A stretch of DNA of 64,000 nucleotides from Thermoplasmata archaeon. GTDB lineage: Archaea > Thermoplasmatota > E2 > JACPAO01 > JAHFTW01. The notes beneath the pieces are model-generated. The model had not been told where the DNA came from. It made no database searches and saw nothing but the letters and a program-made list of their open reading frames with translations. The position numbers were made by a program, and so were the translations under genes. How positions within the stretch are numbered: the first letter of the stretch is position 1; the number at the start of each line of letters is the position of its first letter. The DNA is taken from contig JAXDQS010000003.1 of the NCBI GenBank assembly GCA_034667725.1, positions 416,001 through 480,000 of the forward strand, in the 5' to 3' direction. Positions 26,167-35,677 of this stretch are shown one piece after another.

Positions 26167-26964
26167 GTGGCCCTCCGGCACGAGCTCGACGCGAAGGCCG
26201 GCATCCTCCGCCTCGTGCTGGCCCGCCCCGAGAAGAAGAACGCCCTCGACCTGACCACGCTGGCCGCCCTCGCCACCGCCTTGGAGGCCGCCCGCGACGA
26301 CCCCGCCGTCCGGGTCGTGGTCCTGGCGGCCGACGGCGACGCCTTCAGCGCCGGCGGCGACATCGAGGTCATGCGCCAGTTCGCCGGCGACGCGCAGGCG
26401 ACCCTGGCCCGGCTGCGTGGCGGCCTCAACCGCCTGGTCGCGGCCATCCACGCCCACCCCAAGCCGGTGCTGGCCGAGGTGCAGGGGAACGCCTACGGCG
26501 CCGGCGCCATCCTCGCGTTCCAATGCGACCTCACGGTGGCTGCCGAGGAGGCGACCTTCAGCCTGAGCTTCCGCCACGTCGGGCTGGTCCCCGACACCGG
26601 CGGCACCTGGCTGCTGCCGCGCGCCGTCGGCCTGCAACGCGCCAAGCACCTGGCCTGGACCGCGGCGCCGTTCTCGGCCGCCGAGGCCGCCGCCTGGGGG
26701 CTGGTCCTGAAGGCCGTGCCGCGCACGCAGCTCGCGGGCACGGTGCGCAACCTGGCCCAGGCGCTCGCCGACGGCCCCGCCGCGACCATGGCGCTCGCCA
26801 AGCGCGCGCTCCAGGAGAACCAGCACGCCGGGCTGGGCGAGGCGCTGGAGCGCGAGGCCCACCTGCAGGCGGCGGCGTTCCTGACGCCGGAGCACGCCGA
26901 AGGCCGCGATGCGTTCTTCGCACGCCGGAAGCCGGATTTCCGAGGCCTGGGGCGCAAGGCCTAA
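26167..26964 (+). CDS. Enoyl-CoA hydratase/isomerase, PaaG-like
   Basis: RPEKKNAL, AFSAGGDI and FRHVGLVPDTGGTWLLPRAVG (catalytic Asp pattern of PaaG-like isomerases). Confidence 0.85.
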   Translation: MALRHELDAKAGILRLVLARPEKKNALDLTTLAALATALEAARDDPAVRVVVLAADGDAFSAGGDIEVMRQFAGDAQATLARLRGGLNRLVAAIHAHPKPVLAEVQGNAYGAGAILAFQCDLTVAAEEATFSLSFRHVGLVPDTGGTWLLPRAVGLQRAKHLAWTAAPFSAAEAAAWGLVLKAVPRTQLAGTVRNLAQALADGPAATMALAKRALQENQHAGLGEALEREAHLQAAAFLTPEHAEGRDAFFARRKPDFRGLGRKA

Positions 26965-26989
26965 AGGGCGGCAAGGGAACCGGCCCCCG

Positions 26990-27598
26990 ATGCGCGCCCT
27001 CCTGGCCATCCTCCTCCTGACGACGGCCCTGCTGGCCGGCTGCACCGGCGGCACCGACGACCCCGCCACGACGGCCGCCTCCTCCCCGAGCACGACGGGC
27101 GACGCCTCCGGCCTCGACTCCTCCACCACCGCCGCGCCGCCCACCACCTCGGGGACCAGCACAAGCCAGGCCACGACGGGCACCAACGGCACCACCACGA
27201 CTGGCACCACCACGACCAACACCACCACGACCGGCGGCGGCAACCAGACCACCGGCCCCAGCACCCCCGACCCCGTGTCGCAGGAGTGCGCCATCGGCGG
27301 CGGCGTCTACGGCAACACGGCCCAGTCCTGCACCCTGCCCGACTTCGCCTCCAGCAACGGCGCCTCGTTCACCAAGGGCACCGCCACCTTCACGTACCAA
27401 GGCAACGCGCTGCCCCAGCCCACCCTGCTGCTCACCGACGGCGCCGGCAACGAGATCGCCTCCGCGAGCGGCGCCTCCCCCATCACCATCAACCTCGACG
27501 GCAAGGTCCCCGCCGGCGCCCTCGTCCAGATCACCGGCAAGGCCTCCGCTGTCCTGTTCGCGGGCTTCGGCGGCACGCTCAAGGTCGACCTGTCCTAG
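26990..27598 (+). CDS. Lipoprotein with Thr/Ser-rich linker and beta-sandwich domain
   Basis: MRALLAILLLTTALLAGC lipobox and poly-Thr stalk. Confidence 0.8.
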   Translation: MRALLAILLLTTALLAGCTGGTDDPATTAASSPSTTGDASGLDSSTTAAPPTTSGTSTSQATTGTNGTTTTGTTTTNTTTTGGGNQTTGPSTPDPVSQECAIGGGVYGNTAQSCTLPDFASSNGASFTKGTATFTYQGNALPQPTLLLTDGAGNEIASASGASPITINLDGKVPAGALVQITGKASAVLFAGFGGTLKVDLS

Positions 27599-27645
27599 AG
27601 AAGCCCGCCACGAAGCTCAAGTAAGCCGGGCGCCGCGTGGCCTCC

Positions 27646-28107
27646 ATGCGCGCCCTGCCGCCCATCCTCGCCCTCGTCCTGTTTGCCGGCTGCGCCTCGG
27701 ACATGGACACGCCGGAGCAGCCTGCCGCCGTGCCCGACGCACCCGGCGGGACCCCGGGCGCCGTCGCGGCCGCGCCCGCCACGCCGACCCCGGTCGAGGC
27801 CAGCTGCGACCTGCCGGCCGCCGCGGCCGTCCTCACCACGACCACCTGCGACCCGGGGACCGTCACGCCCGACGCCGGCGCGTTCACCATGGGCACCGTG
27901 ACCTTGACCGGCCAGCCCGCCGCGGTGCCGGCCACGCTGCGGATCCTGGACGAGGCCGGCAACCTGCTTGGCGAGGCCACCGGCCCGCTGCCGCTCACGG
28001 CCACCCTCGCCAAGGTCCCGGCGGGAGCGTTCAAGCCCGTGGCGGAAGCCAGCCAGACCGGCGGCACCGTCCTCGTCGACGGCGTGGCCGCGTTCAGCTT
28101 CGCCTAA
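27646..28107 (+). CDS. Lipoprotein, paralog of the upstream gene
   Basis: MRALPPILALVLFAGC; shares C-x13-C, FTxGT, TLxxxDxAGN, GxxPxT and KVPAGA with 26990..27598. Confidence 0.8.
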   Translation: MRALPPILALVLFAGCASDMDTPEQPAAVPDAPGGTPGAVAAAPATPTPVEASCDLPAAAAVLTTTTCDPGTVTPDAGAFTMGTVTLTGQPAAVPATLRILDEAGNLLGEATGPLPLTATLAKVPAGAFKPVAEASQTGGTVLVDGVAAFSFA

Positions 28108-28139
28108 GAAGCCTTCAAACCGGGAGCACCTCCCGCGCC

Positions 28140-29024
28140 GTGGACATCCGCTCCGTCGCGGTCGTGGGGGCCGGCACCATGGGCGCCGGCATCGCCCAGG
28201 TCGCGTGCCAGGCCGGCTACGAGACCCACCTCGTCGACGCCAGCCCCGCCAGCCTCGACAAGGGCACCGCCGCCATCCATGCCTTCTGGGCCAAAGGCGT
28301 CGCGAAGGGCAAGACCACGCCCGCGCAGCGTGCCGCCTGGGAGGCGCGGCTGCATCCCGGCGGCGAGCTGGCGGCCGCCGTGGCGCGCGCCGACCTGGTG
28401 ATCGAGGCGGTGCCGGAGTCCTTGGACCTGAAGCGCAAGGTGTTCGCCGCCGCCGACGCCGCCGCCCCCGCCCATGCGATCTTGGCCACCAACACCTCCA
28501 GCCTGAGCGTTGCCGCCATCGCCGCCGCCACCAAGCGCCCCGGCCGCGTCCTCGGGATGCACTTCTTCAACCCGGTCCCGCTGATGCAGCTCCTGGAGCT
28601 CGTCCGGCACGACGGCACCGACCCGGCCACCCTCGACGCCGCGCAGCAGGTCGGCAAGGCGATGGGCAAGTCCACCATCGTGGTGCGCGACGTCCCCGGC
28701 TTCGCCACCAGCCGCCTCGGCATCGTCCTCGGCAACGAGGCCATGCGGATGCTGGAGGAAGGGGTCGCCTCCGCCCGCGACATCGACACCGCGATGCGCC
28801 TCGGCTACGGCCACCCCATGGGGCCCCTGGAGCTGTCGGACCTGGTCGGCCTCGACGTCCGGCAAGCCATCGGCGACTACCTGCACGCCCAGTTCGGCGG
28901 CGCCCACTACCGCAACCCGCAACTGGTGCGCGACCTCGTGGCCAAAGGCGAGCTGGGCAAGAAGACCGGGAAAGGCATCTACGACTGGGGCGACGGCACC
29001 CCGCGGGAGCGCGTGCTGCGATGA
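28140..29024 (+). CDS. 3-hydroxyacyl-CoA dehydrogenase
   Basis: VVGAGTMGAGIA, IEAVPE, TNTSS, GMHFFNP, HPMGPL and LGKKTGKG motifs. Confidence 0.95.
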   Translation: MDIRSVAVVGAGTMGAGIAQVACQAGYETHLVDASPASLDKGTAAIHAFWAKGVAKGKTTPAQRAAWEARLHPGGELAAAVARADLVIEAVPESLDLKRKVFAAADAAAPAHAILATNTSSLSVAAIAAATKRPGRVLGMHFFNPVPLMQLLELVRHDGTDPATLDAAQQVGKAMGKSTIVVRDVPGFATSRLGIVLGNEAMRMLEEGVASARDIDTAMRLGYGHPMGPLELSDLVGLDVRQAIGDYLHAQFGGAHYRNPQLVRDLVAKGELGKKTGKGIYDWGDGTPRERVLR

Positions 29025-29773
29025 GCCTGGTCTCCGCCCGCGACGACGGCCGCGTCCGCGTCCTCACCCTGGAGCGGCCCGAGGCGCGCAACGCCCTCAA
29101 CGCCCAGATCCGGCTCGACCTCATCCTCGCCTTGCAGGAGGCCGAGAACGACGCCAGCGTCGGCGCCGTGGTCGTCACCGGCTCCGGCACGGCGTTCGCC
29201 GCCGGCGCCGACCTCCGCGAACTCCTTGCCCGCACCCCCGAGCAGCAACGCGCGTTTCTCGCCCCGCCCAACGTCTACGGCATCGTCGAGGGCCTCCGCA
29301 AGCCGGTCGTCGCCGCCCTCAACGGCCACGCCCTCGGCGCCGGGCTCGAGCTTGCCACCGCCTGCGACCTCCGGGTCTGCGGCGCCGAGGCCAAGCTCGG
29401 CCAGCCGGAGGTGACCCTCGGCCTCGTCCCGGGCGGCGGCGGCACGCAGCGGCTCGTCCGCCTCGTCGGCCACGGCGCCGCCAGCCGCCTGGTCCTCACG
29501 GGCGACGCCATCGACGCCGCCGAGGCGCTGCGCATCGGCCTCGTGGACCTCGTCGTCCCGAAGGGCGCGGTGGTCGCGGAGGCCGTCCGGCTCGCCCAGG
29601 CGATGGCGCGCCACGACGCCGCCGCGCTCGCCGCCGCGAAGCAGGCGCTGGCGGCCGGGCGCGACCTGCCCTACGCCCAAGGGCTCGCCAAGGAGGTCGA
29701 GCTGTTCCTCGGCCTGCACGCCAGCCCGGTGGCGCGGGCGCGCATCGAGGCGTTCCTGGGCAAGGCGAAGTGA
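29021..29773 (+). CDS. Enoyl-CoA hydratase (PaaF-like)
   Basis: RPEARNAL, AFAAGADL, NGHALGAGLELA and GQPEVTLGLVPGGGGTQRL. ATGA overlap with the upstream gene. Confidence 0.9.
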   Translation: MSLVSARDDGRVRVLTLERPEARNALNAQIRLDLILALQEAENDASVGAVVVTGSGTAFAAGADLRELLARTPEQQRAFLAPPNVYGIVEGLRKPVVAALNGHALGAGLELATACDLRVCGAEAKLGQPEVTLGLVPGGGGTQRLVRLVGHGAASRLVLTGDAIDAAEALRIGLVDLVVPKGAVVAEAVRLAQAMARHDAAALAAAKQALAAGRDLPYAQGLAKEVELFLGLHASPVARARIEAFLGKAK

Positions 29774-29776
29774 GCG

Positions 29777-30601
29777 ATGCGCCCCATCGACGCCCACGTC
29801 CACGTCAACCGCTTCGACCTCATGACGCCGGCGGCGCACGCCTTGATCGCGCAGAACCCGACGTTCCCCCAGATGGAGCGCTTCGTGCGCGACCCCGACG
29901 CGTTCCTTGCCCACCTGGACGCCGAGGGCATCGAGGCGGCGTGGCTGGTCAACTACTGCGCCAAGGAGGTCATGGGCTACGGCTGGGAGGTCAACCCCTG
30001 GATCGCCGAATACTGCGCCGCGGACCCGAGGCGGCTGGTCGCGGTGGGCGGCTACGACCCCCGCCACGACGGGGACGGCGCGGCCGCCATCGGCCGGCTG
30101 CGGGACCTCGGCGTGCGGGCCCTCAAGCTCCATCCCGTCCACCAGCGCGTCTCGCCCGCCGACCCCGCGCTGTGGCCCGCCTACGCCCGGCTGGAGGAGC
30201 TTGGGATGCCGCTGCTGGTCCACACCGGCACGAGCATCTTCCCGGGTGCCGACAACGCGCACGCCACCGTCGCCCCGCTGGCGCAGGTGCTCGCCGCCTT
30301 CCCCGGCCTGCCCGTCATCCTGTGCCACGGCGGCCGCCCCAACGAGACGGCGCAGGCGCTCGCCCTCCTGGACCGGTTCCCCAACGCGCGCATCGACCTC
30401 TCCTCCTGCCCGCCGGCCCGGCTGCCGCACTACTTCGGCGACCTCGCCGCCCGCGCCGACCGGTTCCTCTGGGGCAGCGACTGGCCCGGCCCCAAGGTCC
30501 CTGGCATGGGCGCCAACGTGGCCGCGTTCCGCGCCCTCGGCCTGCCCGCCGCCGCCGAGGAGCAAATCCTGTGGCGCAACGCCCGCGCCTTGGTCCCCTA
30601 G
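29777..30601 (+). CDS. Amidohydrolase-2 family metallo-hydrolase
   Basis: IDAHVH, LKLHP, VHTG, CHGG and WGSDWP motifs. Confidence 0.9.
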   Translation: MRPIDAHVHVNRFDLMTPAAHALIAQNPTFPQMERFVRDPDAFLAHLDAEGIEAAWLVNYCAKEVMGYGWEVNPWIAEYCAADPRRLVAVGGYDPRHDGDGAAAIGRLRDLGVRALKLHPVHQRVSPADPALWPAYARLEELGMPLLVHTGTSIFPGADNAHATVAPLAQVLAAFPGLPVILCHGGRPNETAQALALLDRFPNARIDLSSCPPARLPHYFGDLAARADRFLWGSDWPGPKVPGMGANVAAFRALGLPAAAEEQILWRNARALVP

Positions 30602-30663
30602 GGATTCGGTCGGCGCCAAACGACCTGGCAAGGCCTATGGACCCGACGGCGCTGCTGGAGGCC

Positions 30664-31605
30664 ATGCGCGTCCGCGTCCTGGCCGCCCTCCTGGTGCTCG
30701 CCTCCGGCTGCGTCACCCTGCCCGTCCCGCCCCAGGACTGCGGCGCGCTGGCCGCCGGCCCGAGCGGCAACGCCCCGCTCATCCCCGCGCTGCGCGACGA
30801 CCCCGAGGCCCTCCTCGGCCTGCTGCTGGCCGCCATCGGCGACCCGGCCGTCGGCGAGCTGCAAAGCACGTTCCAGGGCGACCGGGAGACGTTCGAGGCG
30901 GCGACCGCCGCGGGCGCCACCGCCACGCTCCAGACCCAGGCCGGCGCGTTCCGCGGCTTCTGGTACGAGCGCGACGGCCACGCCGCCGCCTACACCGCCG
31001 CCGCGGCCGCCAAGCTGCTGGCGCCCGTGCTGGCCCGCCTGGGCCTCGACCTGCCCGTCGCGCAGGAGGGGCCCGTCGCGTGGGGCCACCACGGCGAGGA
31101 GTCCGCCCGCGCGAGCAGCAGCCTCTACCTCGCCGGCCGGCCGGTGGCGAACCCGCAGCGCTACCTGCCGCAGCCCTACGACTGGGGGCTGCCGCTGGCG
31201 GCCTCCGCAGCACTCGACACCGGCGGCCGCGGCGGCCACAACTCCACCGACATCCGCGTCGACCCCTTGGTGGTGCTGCCCGACCCCGCCACGCTGCTCG
31301 ACGACGCCGCCCTCGCCGCCAAGGGCGAGGCGTGGGTCGCCTGCCGCGTCGCGGGCACCTGGCTCGAAGGCCCGGTCGAGGGCTGGGTGGACCGCGACGC
31401 CTGGTTCGTGGTCGACGGCTCGGTCGCCGCCGCCGTCCTGGTCGAGTACGGCGCGCCCTGCCCGCCCGGCGCCTGGAACGACGGCCTGCGCCACGAGGCC
31501 ACGGTCCTGGTGGACGCCGCCACCGGCGCCATCCTCGACGTCGAGCCGGGCCGCTGGAACTGCATCGGCGTCCCCGCGCCCGACGAGGCCGTGCTGCCCG
31601 GCTAA
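30664..31605 (+). CDS. Hypothetical lipoprotein, possible C-terminal PepSY-like motif
   Basis: MRVRVLAALLVLASGC; VLVDAATGAIL. Confidence 0.65.
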   Translation: MRVRVLAALLVLASGCVTLPVPPQDCGALAAGPSGNAPLIPALRDDPEALLGLLLAAIGDPAVGELQSTFQGDRETFEAATAAGATATLQTQAGAFRGFWYERDGHAAAYTAAAAAKLLAPVLARLGLDLPVAQEGPVAWGHHGEESARASSSLYLAGRPVANPQRYLPQPYDWGLPLAASAALDTGGRGGHNSTDIRVDPLVVLPDPATLLDDAALAAKGEAWVACRVAGTWLEGPVEGWVDRDAWFVVDGSVAAAVLVEYGAPCPPGAWNDGLRHEATVLVDAATGAILDVEPGRWNCIGVPAPDEAVLPG

Positions 31606-31766
31606 AGACGCTCGCAGGATTTGGGGAAGTCATTTCGGAGCACGAGGGGCGTGGCGGATTCTAGGAGGCCGACGCAGACGTGCCCGGAGGGCACGGCGAG
31701 GAGGCCGACGACGAAGCCGCCCGTCCCGCGCCGGTCCGAAATCTGAACCAAATCCGGAGAGCGTCT
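31606..31766. other. 161-bp intergenic element with nested inverted repeats (MITE-like or structured RNA)
   Basis: Paired segments AGACGCTC/GAGCGTCT, GGATTT/AAATCC and ATTTCGGA/TCCGAAAT; internal direct repeat AGGAGGCCGACG x2 around a CGTGCCC/GGGCACG hairpin. Confidence 0.4.
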
Positions 31767-31767
31767 G

Positions 31768-32565
31768 TTAAGGGACGCGCGCCAGCCAGTCCAGCAAGGT
31801 GCGGTGGAACGGCTCCGGCTGCTCGACCGGGGAGGCGTGGCCGGCGTCGGGGACCATGAAGAACTCGCTGCCGCGGAACGCCTGCGCCATCCGCATCGCG
31901 CCGTCCATCGGGGTGATCTGGTCGAGCTCGCCGGCCACCACCAGGCACGGGATGTTGAGGCCCGACAGCTTGCCGCGCATGTCCGGGCGGTCCATCATGC
32001 CCTGCACCGCAAGCACGGCGCCGGCCGGCGGCTGCTCGCGCATCAACGTCTCCAGCAGGTCGGGCACGGCCAGGTAGGCCTGGCGGGTCTTGTCGGACAC
32101 CAGCTTCGGCATCATCGCGTCCACCGCGGCGGCCATGCCGCGCGCCTGCAAGTCTGCGATGAGCTTGCGGCGGCCCGCCTTCGCCTCGTCCGAGTCGGCC
32201 TCGGCGCGCGTGTCCACCAGCACGAGGCCGGACAGCAGCTCGCGGTGCCGCAGCGCCAACTGGAGCGCGACGTAGCCGCCCATGCTGAAGCCCACCACGA
32301 TGCAGCGCCGCAGGCCCTTGTCCTCCAGCAACTGCGCCACGTCGCGCGCCATCGCCTCCATGGAGGCGGGCGCCGCGACGGGCGAGCGGCCGTGGCCGCG
32401 CAGGTCGGGCACGACGACGCGGTAGCCGGCGGACGCCAGCACGGGGACGGTGGCCTTCCACATCCGACCGTCGAACGGGAAGCCGTGCAGCAGCACGACG
32501 GGGCGGCCCTTGTCGGGGCCCATGGTTTCGCAGTGCAGCGGCGCGGGCGCGGGCGGCGCGGGCAT
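31768..32565 (-). CDS. Alpha/beta hydrolase (enol-lactonase-like)
   Basis: LLHGFP, PDLRGHG, GFSMGG, GELD and AGHAS motifs. Confidence 0.9.
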   Translation of the reverse strand: MPAPPAPAPLHCETMGPDKGRPVVLLHGFPFDGRMWKATVPVLASAGYRVVVPDLRGHGRSPVAAPASMEAMARDVAQLLEDKGLRRCIVVGFSMGGYVALQLALRHRELLSGLVLVDTRAEADSDEAKAGRRKLIADLQARGMAAAVDAMMPKLVSDKTRQAYLAVPDLLETLMREQPPAGAVLAVQGMMDRPDMRGKLSGLNIPCLVVAGELDQITPMDGAMRMAQAFRGSEFFMVPDAGHASPVEQPEPFHRTLLDWLARVP

Positions 32566-33404
32566 CAGGCGAACCTCGGCTGGCGCTTCTCGCGGAACGC
32601 CGCGACGCCCTCGACAAAGTCGGCGGTCCCCGCCGCGGCGGCGATGAGGCCGCGCTCGGCGTCGAGCTGGGCCGCGAACGAGGCGGCCGCCTGCGACTCC
32701 AGGAGCCGCTTGGTGGAGCCGCGGCTCAGGCGCGACCAGGCGCCCCACTTGCGCGCGACCTCCAAGGCACGCGGCAGCAGTTGATCGTCCGGCACCACCT
32801 CGTCCACCAGACCGCACGCCAGCGCGTCGTCGGCGCCCAGCACCTGGTTCTCGAACAGGAACCGGCGCGTGCGCTGCTCCCCGATCAGGCGCGGCAGCAG
32901 CCAGGTGGCGCCGCCGTCGGGGCTGAGGCCCATGCGGAAGTAGCTGGCGGCGAAGCGGGCGCCCGGCCCGGCGACGCGCGCGTCGGCCACCAGGGCCAGG
33001 CCGAGGCCGCCGCCGGCCGCGACCCCGTTGACCGCGGCCACGAGCGGCTTGTCGCCGACGTGGAGCGCGTGCAGCAGCGGGTGCAGCTCGGCGGTGGCGT
33101 CGAGGACCCACTGGGTCGCGGTGCCGGTGGCGATGCCGTGCTCGAAGGCGCCCACGTCGGCGCCGCTCGAGAACGCCTTGCCGGAGCCGGTGAGGACGAT
33201 GGCGCGCACCGCGTCGTCCAAGAGCAAGCCGCCGAACACCTGGCGGAGGTGGCGCAGCAGGACGGGGTCGAACGAGTTCATCGACTCGGCGCGCGTGAAC
33301 TGCACGACGGCGACCCCGCCCTCCTCGTGCCGCAGCGCGACCTGGGAGGCGGGGCTGGGCGGGTCCGTGACCTGGCGGACGGGGGCGGGCGTCTTGACGT
33401 GCAT
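32565..33404 (-). CDS. Enoyl-CoA hydratase/isomerase, PaaG-like
   Basis: AFSSGADV, VNGVAAGGGLGLA and GLSPDGGATWLLPRLIG motifs. Confidence 0.85.
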   Translation of the reverse strand: MHVKTPAPVRQVTDPPSPASQVALRHEEGGVAVVQFTRAESMNSFDPVLLRHLRQVFGGLLLDDAVRAIVLTGSGKAFSSGADVGAFEHGIATGTATQWVLDATAELHPLLHALHVGDKPLVAAVNGVAAGGGLGLALVADARVAGPGARFAASYFRMGLSPDGGATWLLPRLIGEQRTRRFLFENQVLGADDALACGLVDEVVPDDQLLPRALEVARKWGAWSRLSRGSTKRLLESQAAASFAAQLDAERGLIAAAAGTADFVEGVAAFREKRQPRFA

Positions 33405-33439
33405 GGGGGCCCGATGGGGGGCGGGACTTAGGGCTTGTC

Positions 33440-33898
33440 TCAGAGGCGGAACCCGAGCTTCACGGCGCCGTCCGCCTGGACCGCGGCCGCGCCTTCCTCG
33501 GCGGGGAAGAGCGAGACGGTCCAGGAGCCGGCGCGCGGGTTCGGCACCTCGAGCCGGAGCGGCGAGGTCCCGGAGACCTGATGCTCGCCGCCGTTGAGCT
33601 GGAGCAGCAAGGCGCAGGCGGGGCCGGAGGCGCAGGTCCACTTGGCGGTCGCCTCCAGCAAGGTGGCGTTCTCGGCCACCTTGAGCCTGGCGCCCTGGAG
33701 CCCGGGGCCGGTGGTCATCCCGAAGGCCGGGGTGCCGGCGCCGTCGAAGGTGAACGGGAAGGTCGCGTTCTGGGGCAGCGGGTCGGCCGGCGTGGGTTCC
33801 GGAACGCCCACATCAGGGCTGGGCATGGCGTCGTCGCCCAGGGAGGCGCAGCCGGACAGCAGCAACAGGGACAACAGGGGCAGGAGGCGCGCGGCCAT
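33440..33898 (-). CDS. Lipoprotein with PPC-like beta-sandwich
   Basis: LLLLSGC lipobox; GTSPLRLEVPNPRAGSWTV. Confidence 0.7.
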   Translation of the reverse strand: MAARLLPLLSLLLLSGCASLGDDAMPSPDVGVPEPTPADPLPQNATFPFTFDGAGTPAFGMTTGPGLQGARLKVAENATLLEATAKWTCASGPACALLLQLNGGEHQVSGTSPLRLEVPNPRAGSWTVSLFPAEEGAAAVQADGAVKLGFRL

Positions 33899-33949
33899 GG
33901 CTCCCGCTTCGCGGCCGGGTATTTCAGCAGATTGCGCGTTTTGCCGAAG

Positions 33950-35392
33950 TCACGCGAGGCTGACGTTCACGTTCTTGGTGCGCGTGTAGAAGCCCATGGC
34001 GTCGCGGCCCTGCTCGGCGCCGATGCCGGACTTCTTCCAGCCGGTGAACGGCGTCTGCGGGAACGTGATGGGGTATTCGTTGACGGACACCATGCCGCAT
34101 TGCAGGTCGCGGGCGATGCGGTGGGCGCTCGCCAAGTCCTTGGTCCAGACGCCGTTCAGGAGGCCGAAGTCGGAGTCGTTGGCGAGGCGGACGGCGTCAT
34201 CCACGCCCGCGAACGGCATGACGCTCAGCACGGGGCCGAAGATCTCCTCGCGCCAGACGGGGTTGCTGGCCTCGACGCCGGTGAAGATGGTGGGCTCGAC
34301 GAAGGCGCCGGCCGCAAGCTCGGGGCTGGCGGGGGCCTTGCCGCCCAAGACCAGCTTGGCGCCCTTGTCGGTGCCCTTCTCCACCAGGCCGAGGACCGAC
34401 TTGCGCTGGCCTTGGCTGACCATCGAGCCGATGCGGACGCCGTCGGCGGTGCCAGGGCCGATCTTCCAGCCGGCCGCCTCGGTCTTGACGGCCTCCACGA
34501 GCGCGTCGTGGATGGACTCGTGGGCCAAGAGGCGCGAGCCGGCCCAGCACATCTGGCCGGCGTTCATGAAGATGCCAAAGCAGATGCCCTTCGCGGCCTT
34601 CTTGAGGTCGGCGTCGGGCAGGACGACGTGGGCGCCCTTGCCGCCAAGCTCCAGCGTGACGGGCGTGACGTTGTTGGCGGCGGCCTTCATGACCTCGACG
34701 CCGGTGGGCACGGAACCCGTGAGCGAGACGCCGTCGACGCCGGGGTGGGCCGCGAGCCGGCTGCCGACCTCGCCGCCAGGGCCAGTGAGGACTTGGAGGA
34801 CGCCCTTCGGAAGGCCCGCCTCCTCGGCGAGCTTGGCCCATTGCAGGAGCGACAGGGGCGTCAGGCTGGCCGGCTTGGCGATGACGGTGCAGCCGGCGGC
34901 CAGGGCAGGCGCGATGGAGCGGACCGCCAACTGGAGCGGGAAGTTCCACGGCACGATGTGGGCGGTGACCCCGAGCGGCTGCTGGAGGGTGTAGTCGAGG
35001 CGGTCGCCGGGGACGGGGATGGTGCGGCCCTCCACCTTGTCGGTCCAGCCGGCGAAGTAGTCCAGCGTCGAGGCGGCAAAGCGGACGTCGCCGGCGGCCT
35101 CCTTGAGGGTCTTGCCGTTGTTGCGCGACTCCGTCAGGGCGAGCTCCTTGGCGTTGGCGGTGGTGAGCCAGGCCAGCTTCTGCAGGATGCGCCCGCGCTG
35201 GGCGGGATCCATGGTGCGCCACTCCTTGGACTCGAAGGCGGCGCGGCTGGCGGCCACTGCGGCGTCGACGTCGGCGCGGGTGCCCTGCGGGACCTGGGCG
35301 AGGACCTGGCCGGTGGCGGGGTCGAGGACGGGGGCGGTGGGGCGGTCGGAGGTCCATTCCCCGCCGAGGAGCATCGCAGCCGGTTGCGTCAT
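33950..35392 (-). CDS. NAD(P)-dependent aldehyde dehydrogenase
   Basis: PWNFP, KPA, LTGS, LELGGK, NAGQMC and EEIFGPV motifs. Confidence 0.95.
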   Translation of the reverse strand: MTQPAAMLLGGEWTSDRPTAPVLDPATGQVLAQVPQGTRADVDAAVAASRAAFESKEWRTMDPAQRGRILQKLAWLTTANAKELALTESRNNGKTLKEAAGDVRFAASTLDYFAGWTDKVEGRTIPVPGDRLDYTLQQPLGVTAHIVPWNFPLQLAVRSIAPALAAGCTVIAKPASLTPLSLLQWAKLAEEAGLPKGVLQVLTGPGGEVGSRLAAHPGVDGVSLTGSVPTGVEVMKAAANNVTPVTLELGGKGAHVVLPDADLKKAAKGICFGIFMNAGQMCWAGSRLLAHESIHDALVEAVKTEAAGWKIGPGTADGVRIGSMVSQGQRKSVLGLVEKGTDKGAKLVLGGKAPASPELAAGAFVEPTIFTGVEASNPVWREEIFGPVLSVMPFAGVDDAVRLANDSDFGLLNGVWTKDLASAHRIARDLQCGMVSVNEYPITFPQTPFTGWKKSGIGAEQGRDAMGFYTRTKNVNVSLA

Positions 35393-35459
35393 GGGGGGCG
35401 GGAGGGGAACGGGGGTGAAAACCGATCGGTGGACGGTTCGCGGCGGATTCCTGGGGGTC

Positions 35460-35671
35460 CGTGGAATCTGTGTCTAGTGGCGCCCGCTACGAGCACTGAT
35501 TTTCCCAGATTTGGAAGATTCCCACAGACCATCTGTGGAATTCTGTTCCTAGGCCCTGCCAACTCCAAAGCCAAGGTCTGTGGAATCTGTGTCTAGTTGC
35601 GGCCGTGACGAGCACCGATTCTCTCAGATCCAGAAGATTCCCACAGAACTCTGTGTGGAAGCTGTGTCCAG
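35460..35671 (-). repeat. REP/BIME-like hairpin repeat cluster A
   Basis: Two ~70-nt units plus insert module; consensus (transcript sense) CTGGACACAGATTCCACAGAGTTCTGTGGGAATCTTCCGAATCTGnGnGAATCRGTGCYCGT. Confidence 0.85.
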
Positions 35672-35677
35672 CCGCCG

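Noticed and set aside
22672-27294. 1540-aa minus-strand ORF
   Set aside because: Only the last 353 aa (from ATG 23733) look coding. The rest overlaps the helicase and plus-strand genes in other frames.
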